From Lingula anatina (taxonomy: Eukaryota; Animalia; Brachiopoda), in assembly GCA_051362555.1 (NCBI GenBank), contig CM120641.1, positions 17,980,001 through 18,044,000 of the forward strand: DNA of 64,000 nucleotides. The letters are read 5' to 3'. Each line of letters begins with the position of its first letter. Positions within the stretch are counted from its first letter, which is position 1. Positions 39,901-52,200 of this stretch are shown here, piece after piece. Under the pieces are notes generated by a model. The model worked only from the letters and a program-made list of their open reading frames with translations, did no database searches and was not told the DNA's origin. The position numbers and the translations under genes are program-made.

Positions 39901-42900
39901 GTCCTGCTGTTCTTCACGTGAGATGGCATAAAAAATCAGGCTGATTGTTCATCAGGACACACTGACACTAGTAACAAAAGCACACATTGCAGTGGCAGCC
40001 AGTTCTGGTGATCAAAATGCTGGTACCTGCACCAGTCTGATTTGCATAGAGCACTAGCATCTGAAGTCGACGGAGAAAACTGGCAACAATGTTACATGCA
40101 AGCCTGCAGTGTTCCAAGATGTATATTCATGTGAATTACTTGGAAATAAAATAGATTGCAATTCTGAGTGATTTTCCGGGTCACTGTCATCTAAATTACC
40201 CTAGTGGCTGTTTTGGTTAAACTGCTGCAAATGATGAAATTGCAGTGATTTTTATCTCTCAGGATATTTTCATAGAACCTTCCAGTAAGTTTTTTTTTTT
40301 TTAATATGTGCTCTTTATGTATATTTCACTTTCAAATAACCAATTCCCTTATCGTCTTTAGATAAAACATCGGCAAATAAAATATCGAACATACCACCTC
40401 CAAAAGAAACAATAACAAATAACACCATTATGATTTTACCATTGCAAAATCCTGTGCCTGCTTCTTTTTTCTTTCATTTTCTACAAACGCATTTGCCACT
40501 AATCCTTGCAGAAAGTGCACATCTCCCCAGTCTCATTCCATCCAGTCTCCTGCTCTATACCACAGAGGAAGTCTTTCCTTATTTTGTATACAACTCCAGT
40601 TCTATACTGCCAAACTAACTGAAGCCCCAGATGAGCAGAACCATGCTGCTAATTCGTCCAACCACAGAGCTGATGAATAAGGCCAATGGTTCTAAAACCC
40701 AGCAAACAGAAGTAGAGATCCCTGATAGAAACTGTCACACATAAAAAATTTATCTCAGTATGCCTATGATGTATATATATATATATACCTATAATGATAC
40801 CCTGGTTCACATTTGAAAGTGAAATTATTTCTTTCCAACTCATATTTCATTAATATCCAGGGATATTTGCTGGGTGAAAAAACAAAGACCGACTCTTGCA
40901 ACCCAAGAGGTAGTGCATATTTTTACTGCCTTTAAAGAGCTGAATCTAATAAAGAAAAGGTTAACATTGCAAGCTAATGGTGGGCAGAATTAGAAGAAAG
41001 AAGATATAAAACATGAAGGCCAAATGCTGGCTGGTGGAAATGCTCAAATTTTCTCAGTGTATCCAATTTTATTCTATTTATACCCCTTGAGTATTGATAG
41101 GTGCTCATGTGGTGCAATCTTGCAAATAACATTTCCTTTTTTCATAAATACATAGAAAAGCCTTCCTATATAAGGAAACAGTGTTGGAAATATATAGCTT
41201 TTATTGATTTGATATTATATTTGATTCAAACAACCAAACCCAGGCCCTTCTAGGGACTGGAGGAAGCAACCCAGAGTCTCAACTGAATGACTGATATATA
41301 TTTCAGATCAACATTTTAGAAATAGTGATTTTATACCTCATTACAGTCTTAGCATACAATAGTTACAAAAAAAAAGGAATCAACACCATTTAGGATAAGG
41401 GTGCATATATACCTCTGCGAGTTAGGAGCAATTCACATACACATTTTGCGTTTGACAGAATCCAAAAGTAAATCTATGCTGAAAAGATAAAAAAAAAAAA
41501 GATTCTATCCCCTTCAATTTTTATTAGAACTCTCCCGTTTCCTTGCGAAACTGACAATTTACTACACCATCCTCACTCTACCCTTGAAATATTTATAGAG
41601 CAACTTAAAAGCTGGCATAGCACATTTTGAATTTATTTCCTGTATACCCACAAACAGCTGTAAGAAAAATGCAGGGAGAAGGCAGGTACACCTTCACTCA
41701 ATTACACCATAAAAGAGGCATAAACTGCAAGGCTATTACCAACATCACAGTCACAAACAAATAACAAAAGAAAAAACAATGAAAAAGTTTCTCACAGTTG
41801 AAAATTATTGAAGAAAACATCAAAAAAAAAGTACAGACACTTCCCTAAAGCTATGATATGCCAGAAGATACTGAAATTCATCATGCTTGGCAACATTAAC
41901 ATTTCTTTATCTTTTTTTTTTTTTTTAAACTTCACCAGTGTTATCAAAGGTGAATGCAGTGTACATTAAATTTCCTGGATTGAGGAAATTACAGCAGACA
42001 GGTTGCAAAGGGTAGGGGATCCCACCAAAAAATAATAAATGACAGCCATGTGATACCGGTCTGGTTTGATAGCCTTCTCCCCCTCCTAAATAAGGGGGGG
42101 AAAAACAAACAAAAAGCAATTTTATCACCTTCAAGTCTTTCGCTGGTATCATTTTGATCATAAGTTTAATTTTGAAAAACTGTTGTGATCATGTCATGAT
42201 GCACTGGAATCTGCTTCCATTCATTTGTCTGTCTGTCTGTCTGTCTTACCATTTTTCTGTTTGTCCATCCACACACACAGACATGCACGCGTGCGCGCGC
42301 ACACACACACACACACACACATACACAAACACACACTAGTGGCATTACCACAACTGTCTTACAAACACTGGCAGAGGGTTGTGGGTGAGGGGGGGTATGG
42401 GGGTATAGTTGGATCTGCATATGTTAAGAATATGAGACGGATTTTCAGATCAAGAGGATAAAAAATCAGTAAACCCACAGAATGAGCAAGATAAAAATCC
42501 AATAAAACAGCATCAACCTGGACTGCTGTGACCTGAAATTCACAGTAATCAATATAGGTAGATTTCCAGGAAAATAGTCAGTCATCTAGAATGATTGTGA
42601 TTTGAGACAGACATGAACTTGACTTAAATTGTCTGCTAATTTATAAAATAACAGCATGATATTTCACATTGAAAAACAACTTAAATTGTTGATGAATAAC
42701 AGTATGATCATTTTGAGTAAAAATAATATTCCTTCTAAAACATTATTTTCAAAAGTGTTACAAAAAAAAAAAAAAAAAAAAAAAAAAAAGCATTTAACTA
42801 TCCCTACACAATGTCCTCAAGGTAAACCTGAAAACATTTTGTAGTAAATGATGAACAAAAATGAAAAATACGCCATTTTCATGAAAAATGGAACGCAAAA

Positions 42901-45900
42901 ATGGAATTTTCCCTAAGCATGGCATTATCTTACGTAAAGTAGTAACTTGAGATTCTATAACAGAGCAAAGCTATCACAAAGTATAGAGCAGAATAGGTAC
43001 ATGACATTTCCCATGTCATATTATAGTCAAGGAATCCAATAAAGCTAATATCACTAAAAAATATTCCACATACCAGTTAAGTCTAACATACTCAAAATCC
43101 AATTTTCTCTTTAAGGACAGCAAATTTACAAGGAACGGAATCTTATAACGAATGGAATCAGGGCAATTTTAAAAAGTTTTTACCAAAAAATGTTCTAACA
43201 GTCAGGAAAGATGAAGTCTAAGCCAATACAGTTCAATTTGGGATAATAAATGCCATGACCTATACTATAAGATTCAAGGTAGAGTCTCCTAGGACATTGT
43301 ATAGCTTTCAGACCACTATTATTGATTTTTTTACTGTATGTATGCTACAAGTAGCATGCTTGGCCATGGTGTATAGCTGTGGCATTACATGTATATGGAG
43401 ACTTCTTTTTCTTTATCTCTTTTCTCCTTGAATGATAGGACTTAGTGTTATTCTTTGTAAATTACTTTGTTTAATTAATAAACTTGATATATTAATTCAG
43501 CTTTCCCTCAATTTCTGCCTTTTTCATTGATTTGGGTTTCTCTTTTTTCTGCGATACCCCTTTGTTTGTTTAGCTCTTCAATGTTTATAAAAAGAAACTG
43601 CTAAATATAAGTCAAATCTATTTGTTTTTTATCTCTTTTGTTTCAATAAATATTTCAAACCTGTTGAATATATTATACACAAAGTTGACCATTTACAAGT
43701 ATGTTAAAACTGAAAAAAGATATAATCTCCATAGGATGCACCACCAAAAATAAACAAACCAAAATTCGGCCAAGTATGAATAATACAACTCTGTTAAATT
43801 TTAAAGCATATAATATCAAGCAGACCACAGTGGAATAAAATAATCCAATAATCAAAGTAAGACACACAAGCACTTTGGCATCATGAAAAGGGAGAGATGA
43901 CCCCAGACCAAAGTATCTATTCTTTATATGAGGTAGACAAGAAAATCCACTTTCATGTTTTTGACAGACCACATGCCAGCTGAGAAGTATAATTTTTTCA
44001 TGTACAGCTTGCTTTGGAGTGGAACACTACAGTTCAGACAAAAATATACTTGCAAAGTCAATTAATGAACAGGAAAAGGAGGATATTTTTTGCTTGTGAA
44101 ACCTAAAGGCAAACAAATATTATTAGTTGCTTTTGGCAGGGATGCAGCTTTATTTGGGATAAAACGCAGTAAGCCGAGGGTGTTCAAATCAAAAGAAGAT
44201 GCACAAGAGGGTTGGTTTGATGTTAAATTCAACAAACATTGACTTACAATATACATCACCAAATGACAGTATTGCTCATTGCACTTACATCATTATTAAC
44301 ACGGTACATTTGATGAGTTATCAACATCAATTTATTAACTTAAAGGTACAATCAGTTATAGCACCTTTGGTTTAGCACTGTTGACACCTGCAATAATTTT
44401 GTTTCTTCTAAAATGACCTTATTTTTACAAAGACATTAAGGCATTCTTGCAAACACCCATTTTTTTTTTTAATCAGACTCATTGCATTTATTTTTCTTAA
44501 GACAATTATACTATGCATCCATTTAGAAGTATGACATTTAAAAATAATTTCATTGGATAAAAAAAATATCAATGTTGCAAAGATGTTGATTTCTGGATCT
44601 ACATGGTTTCAAACAAAGTCAGCTGAAAAAACTTGTAATTAATATTCCTCAACCCCTCCCTACCCTTTTCTTAGAGGTTTAAGAAATGAAAAACAGTTAT
44701 GTGAAAGATTTCATGGCGACATATTGTTTCTGGTTCTCAAGTTATCAATTTTTGGAGTTTTCTTCAGATGACCCCTGTGACCTTGAAAGTAGGTTAAGAT
44801 GAACCACTTACACATAATAGAATCCCACGAGGCTTACCCTTGAGGTTTTTTAAACAAATAGGTGAAAAGAAATGGGTGATAGAAATGCAAGGGTGTGACA
44901 GGGCTGTAGCCAGCAGTTTCAAAGGGGGGGGGGGAGTCTTTTTCTGAACAAGTGGACCTTTTACCATGAAACCTTTGACCTTTGTGTACCTACAGTAGAT
45001 CATTTTTTACCCAGCATGGACTGTTTCATTTGCCCCATCCCCACCTGAACACCCCTGGATAAGAGCCTATCTTATATAAAATAGGTCCCCTGGAATAAAC
45101 TGAAATCCCCGGGGGTTGGTCATACCAAATGTGTGTGTGCAAGCAGAAGACCAAGTTGCAATCAAAGTTACAAACACAAAAAATGAAAAGAAAAAGAATT
45201 GAGACAATGTGATCTTTCTATGTCATTGGCACTGAATGAAGTAAGTTTTAAGAGTGAGCTTGAAATGATTTTGCAGGCAGACTGACTGACAACCTACTAC
45301 TGATTACCCCCCCCCCTCCCTCCCCCAATGTATATCATCATTCTCCTGTTACCTATATTCAAACAGACAGAGTCCAGTGCAGTAAAACCCCTTGAGTATA
45401 CAACTGAATATGGGATAACTACAAAAATCTGGTTTCATTTAGTTTTCCTTGTTTTATTTTCATGAGGCATTAAAAAAACCTGCACATATACTTTAATGCA
45501 TTATGTAATTAATGAAGGTATTATGTCAGAGGCATACTGCTATGAAAGTTGTTAAATCCATCCCCTTCTAACAATCAAGGAGTTAGGCCTGTAGGCAAGG
45601 GAGTTTAAGGGATTGAAGGAACCGCCCCTTGGTTGGAAAAAGATGTGATATTGCTGGCAAAAAACCTAAGAGTACTTTTCCAGGATGGAAACAGTTGAAT
45701 TGATGAACTGACTGATCAAAACGTGGGTCTATAATAATTGAAACACAATATCAGTTCCTACTGTATGTTATCTTCAAGGCCTAGCTAGTGACATAAACTA
45801 GGACACATCAGCCTTTTTTTTTTTCAAACTTTCAACATTCTTCATTCCATTTTGATATAATTCCTTTGAAGGGAAAAGGGTGGGAGAGGGAATTTGGGGG

Positions 45901-48900
45901 ATTGGGTCTTACTTTATTTAATCCAGGTAATCATTATTTTCCTGCTCTCTCATTATCGCCCTGTCTTGGAGTGAATACAGGAGAAAACATCAACAGTGAT
46001 CAAAGTGATTGCCACCAAAGAAAAAAAAGGTTCAGAGCGGTTGCATATACTGCACAGACACCTACACACATACAGAAAAAAAATGGGAGAACAATTGTCT
46101 CTGAAAAATAAAAAAGAGGGGCTTCACAACAAATATATATACCTTTTCCTTGCTCATCTTGAACGCAAATCTTCCTCCTGTAGACTTCTTATCTTGCTTG
46201 TCCGACTTGCTACGCGGCATGTCACTATTTTTCTCAGTCACGTTTTTGTCGATCTTGGTTGAGCTGAGCTTCCGCACTGGATTACTTAACCATTTCCTAA
46301 TCAAGAAAAAATAGAAATGAAAATATTGAATTCAAAAAGAAGTCTACCCCCAAAACAATGTTAGTTCCTTACAGACACCCACATTACCCTGAAGGGTTGA
46401 AGTATATCCCTCTCCATTCCATCCTCTGAAGCCCATTTTACTTACCGCCATTATGGGAGCCTATTTTCTAAAGCCCAGAGTGCATCAAGGCAGCATTCAG
46501 CTGAAGCACAATTCAGCTGCCTGTGTGCATGTAGTTTACTCAGAGACATGAATAATTGATTTTTTCTCAGCAAATAAAATAAAAATTGAGTCTAACTGAC
46601 ATTGCATAGACATCCACAGTGGAAAAATGTCAGTGCATAAAATATGTAGTCTCTTGATCAATGAGAGAATGCGAAGAAATACCCAAGGGGCGCAGAATGC
46701 CAATAAGATGTTTATATACAGATTTAATGGAGTGGGGGTAATTGTGCATGGATGCTGTACATGGATAAGCTACTCTAAGGTACAATGACTTTCCAATGGT
46801 GCAATATTGAACAAAAATCATTTTTGTCTTGCTGGAAGTACTGAGCTAGCTTTGACATATATTTTGTCTTAGGCAACTGAACATTATTAGCCAAATCAAA
46901 GTCCATACAATGACAAGCTAATAAAAAAAAATCATTTTTATTATCATTTGGCAAAAATTTGCATGTCTCTACTAATTAACACATTTGAAAACTATGGGCC
47001 CATTCAAAAGGGGGGGGGGGGTATTTCTATCACCAAACATACATTTCCTAATCTTTTCAATCATTCTATCATGGAGAAACTTTTTTAAAATATGGAAAAT
47101 ACAAGGGCTGAAAGTGCACACCTATACAAGGGGGGTAAGGGGGGCATAAATACAATACCAAAATATCTGGATTTTGTGATAACTCCAAAATACTTTCACC
47201 TCTAATCGTAAGAATCAAAATTTAACCACATAAACAGCATACCTTATAATCAACAGCATTGTCTTCACACTGAGCATTTTATTTGTTCTAGGTAATTAAC
47301 TGTGCTTTTCTATTGCAGTCATGCCCAGTTGAAAGTAAACAAAAACATCTGTCTGCTGCTGTGATTGATATCATATTATGTAAATCCTGTCCAGGACATC
47401 ACTACAGTACATAATGTGAAGTATTTGAACACATATCAAGTAGCATTACTTTGGCTAGTATGTATCAGCTGCTGGGATAGTGCTAACACTCACCAATTTT
47501 ACCAAATACTAAAACTGACTTGCGTTGGCTAAACAATAAAGGGTTGGTTTGACTTATTTTGGTCAAATTTAAACCTTAAGGAGAAAAAGTGACAAAAAAG
47601 AAGTGATTTGGCTAAGCGAATAAATTGCTAGTGCTACCCCATTATCAGGGTTCAGATTAAAGGTATCCTGTCCACGATTTTCCAAACAAAATAAAAATTT
47701 CCTTTTTAATACCATTTCTAATTAAATAATTCATTTCTTAGTAACTGACCTGTCACTATGACCACTGTGTCTTTGAGTACATTTTAGGAGGAAATATTGA
47801 CATCAGGTACTTTTACTTGAATTTTATTGGTAGTAAACTCTTAATTGGGATATATAAATATCGTTCCAGGATATGTAGACATAAGCGTAATTGACACATG
47901 TTCTTTGGCACAATATCTAACAGGGACAGTATCCTTAGTAAACCTTTAAACACCCATCATGACAGGTGCTTTCAGAGACCTAGTCACCAAGAATCCTTTT
48001 CAATTGAGCACTTTTCTATTAGGACTATTCTGAGAGATTGACAACTTGATAACCTGTCTATTATGTGAGTCATCTACATTTTGCCACTGCGTTCCACATG
48101 ACTAGTTAACCAGATTCATTTGAAAGTAAACTTTTGAATGTGGGTAAACCCCTGTAGCACAATTATGTTAGGACTAGTCAAAATGGCGTGAAACATAAAA
48201 GAGTACAGCATGACGTGACAAGGGACTGACACATATGATATCCTTAGAAAACTTCTTGAATTCAACAGAAAAAAGTAATAGTCTTTCTTCATTAAAATGA
48301 ACACATTTTGGGTTAAAACTGTTCTTAATGCCAGCAACTTGGAAATCAAATGACCACTCAAGAATTCTTTAGACTTAAATTCAAATATAGACTGGGAGAG
48401 TGTGAAATCTCATTTATATTAATAGGGAAAATACAGAAATGTCAAAAATCTCTCACCTAAAGCTGCTCCTCCTTTTATTTCCAGGAGAGGAGGAGAACCC
48501 CCCACTTGTGTTACTTAGAGAATTTGTGGACGTATTTGGACTGGGATCAGCCGAGCTGCCTGCAGACTCTGAAAACACAAAATTTATCACAGATTATAAT
48601 ACAAAGATATGATATTCGCTTAAAACAGCAGCAGTGACGCTATCAGGTCATGTAATGTGTACAATGACTTAAAAATTTAAGAGTATTGATTTGAAATGTT
48701 TCAGTAAAAGAGTCCACTAGAAGAATATCATGTATCAAATGTAAATCTTACACATAACACGTTATCCATGCAACATTTGAAATCCAACATATTTCCATGT
48801 TTGTACATTCTCAAATCAGATAAGGTTTTTTAAAGCAATACCTCAGATCATGTTATAGTGCTTGTTATGACAAAGTGCAACAAAGAAATGATCCTATCTT

Positions 48901-49135
48901 AACAATCTTCATTTTTTTTTTTTTTTTCGCGACCAAACCATCATCTGTGTTTATCTTACTATTGCAAATAGCTAAAAGAAACTACATATCTTAACACTCA
49001 AAATAAATTTCTCTTCCGTCAAAGCTGTATTTATTGACTAAGTTTTAGAGAACATGCTAATACAACAGTTAGACCACACTTGTGTAAAAGAAATGTTTAA
49101 TTTTCTTCTATCCCCTGAAGTGTTTACAAATCTAA

Positions 49136-49206
<71 letters not shown>

Positions 49207-52200
49207 ATGCCCTCAAATATACTTTTTTGAACCAGATGACTCGCAAATGAGACACCATTAAAATATGAAACTTGCAGATGTCAATGTACTGATTCAAATG
49301 GCACACAATATGGCAAACAGTACTTAAGTACCTGGGCTAAACATTTCAATTCCTAGAACCTAAATTTCAGAGAAACACCTGATTGCATTAAAGAATCACA
49401 GGTAGAACATAGGCCTCAAGAGAGAAATCCATATACCTACCATGAAGAGAAAAACTTCTCCTTTTGTAGCACTTAAACATGATGAATTTATCTTCTTAAC
49501 TCTTAGTCTGCATTTACTTCACCAAGTTAAACAATTTTAAGAACCTGTACATTTTCAGTCTAACCGGTTTCACCTGCACATGTATAGCACTCACATTTGA
49601 CTGTGCATTAAAACAGACATTTGTTCGGGCCCAGGTTTCTATTGTTGGCATAATTAAACAACACCGCAATCTTACAATGTGATATGTTTTTATTTCATGT
49701 GTGAGGTATGCAGACTACATCCCTGCATAACATGCTTTATTAATAAACTACAACAAAGCTATGGGAAAAGAATGATCCCACAGAAAGTTCAAGATGTCAT
49801 TTTTGGACTACTGTGCAATTGTTTACTCTGCATATTTCATAAAATCATAACTAAGAGCTTATTTTTAAATGCCCCTGAAGCCAAATGTATGACTTTTTGA
49901 AGTTATAGTCAATTTTTCTATATTGTAGTTTTGTATATATTTTGATGTCTATTCATAGGTATTGCAATCAAAATTACAACTTTCAAGGACAAAATATGGA
50001 TAATATTAATATTAAGATGGTATATTGTATTCATATCTATTCCACGTCCTTGTTTCAAGTGTATAATGTAGTAAAAAATGTAGAAGTTCTATTTCAGGTT
50101 GTGCATGCAGCCTGCTGAATTGAATAAGCACCAAGCTTACCAAGTTTTTGACATATAAAAATTACATAATATACATATTTCAAAAAAAAAAAAAAGTCTT
50201 GTGTACAATAAGCAAAGCACAAGTTAAAGTGAATGCATTTTTTCATTTTTCATTCCGTTTCCCCACGAATGATCCCCTCCACTCCAATTATGAGAAGCAG
50301 TTTGTCTTCATGAAAGCATCCACAGAAGTTATGATGGCACTATCTTTTGAAGGGGAAAAATAGCAACTATAGTTTGAAATCAAGCACCAGTGCACCTGTG
50401 TACCAACTTCATGCAAGTTTTGTATATTTACAAGCAAGGGTAATACAGGTTTTAAAGAAAAAAATGCCATCCACTCTGAGAATGAAGTGCTGATGGAGAT
50501 AACTTAGAAGTATGTGAATCTCCTTGAGACTTCTGCTTGAAGTGAAACCAGACAGTGAATTAGTCCAGGGTATTTTATACGTGAAACCACTTCAGTATTA
50601 TTGTATTCAAGTTAAAATTGGCAGCATTCTCTTGAAATACGAAATCTGTCTAGACCTCATACATTATCTTAAAGTAATAAGATGTTATAAATAATCATTA
50701 TGCTGGAGATGCACAGTCCAAGCTACATTTTGACCATTTTCTTTAATTATTCTTGCAGATTTTTTTCTAAAGACTGAGTACCTGCAATAACAGGTCCAAG
50801 GGCTCTTAATTCCAATATACTCACAAATTTACCAGTTTTCTATATTCTGTTCTACTCAGCACCTGTTAATCTGTTTATCTTGTTTATCTGATTGAATTCA
50901 GCAAGAGTCCCTGCAGAGTTGGATTGATTTCAATACAGTGATAGTTTCATTGGGAATGAGCTCTATGAGTTTATTATGTGACAAAGGTGCCATTTAAGGA
51001 CAGCTTTTTAGTGGATCACTCTCTTTTTCTGCTTATGAAGTAAATATTTACTGAATATGGTAAATAATGCATGGTATAGAAGCCCAACAAATATTATGTT
51101 CATGTACCTGGCAATAAGCACATGTCACATTGTGTACAAGTCAGGTTATACAATGGTTTGCCTCCTGCTATAGAATAAACATGTATGTCACTTCAGAACT
51201 TCCACTTTTTCAAATTTTTAGTTTTGAAACTGAATATAACTAGTAATTAAACTGAACAGTTTGCAGAAAATTAAATTTACAAATTCATTAAAAAATTGCA
51301 GTGAAAGGATCTCAAAAAAAAAAAGTTTTATTCTGAAAAATAATTTGAAGATAATTGCCAATTCCTCAGGATGGTTACATATATCTAAGACATTTTTTGG
51401 AGAAATATGTCTGCTTATTTTCTTACTCCACCCTGCATGCACAGCCCTTCTATGCCAGATGCTCCTATTCTATCATAATATATCTACTTAATGCACTGAC
51501 CACCTTAACATCCTTCCAATTTATTGGTTTCAAATGGCACTCCAGTTCACATACTAATATACAAAGAGGTCTAAAAAATGAATACCATCTTCCCCATACA
51601 ACTCTCCCCACAAAACTGAAACTATGGCAATTTTAACATACCTGTGTCTTCTCTTGATATCTTTTTTTTTCCTGAACAAAGTGAGGAAGCTCCACTCACT
51701 CACATACACCAAGGCAGCTCGGTCTATAATTCTAACCTACCCATCAGATGGGCTTCCCACTGTAGAATAAACATACAGGAAAGGCTGCTATTTCTAGATT
51801 TACCAGAGGTCAACACCATCCAGTCTTCTGAAGGTACTGGAGACCAATCAACCAACTAAGCCGCTGACATCAATATTCTAAAGATGAGCTGAACTGGTTT
51901 TTACTTCAAGGAAGCCTTAATTTCATTTTCTCAAGCAATGACCTGTTCACAATAATGAGGTCATTTCCCTCGGTATTTTTATTTTCATTATTTTTTTTTC
52001 GTTGGCCACTATGAGGAATATGGGTCAGATAGAGTTCAAGAGACTTAATACATTAAAAACCTTTTTAGTTAGGTAACACTTCCAATATTTATATTAGTGT
52101 CTGATTTTAATTTGTTTTAAGTTCTACATTGGGATAGAAGGGAATAAGGTGTTGAAATATTCAACACCATTTTGACTAGGGCCTCAAAATAATCCTTTTC

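Noticed and set aside
42154-42461. ORFs with HTHT/CVCV repeats (also 34863-35083 and 55813-56067)
   Set aside because: Microsatellite translations.
44289-44309. MYRVNND followed by a gtaagt donor in phase 0
   Set aside because: Only 7 codons with no promoter support; it shows that short ATG-to-donor matches arise by chance.
29346-46142. Nested protein gene, autonomous transposon, or tRNA/snoRNA in the largest intron
   Set aside because: No long ORF, RT/transposase motif or recognisable RNA gene seen by eye; tRNAscan-SE and Infernal would be needed to exclude small RNAs.
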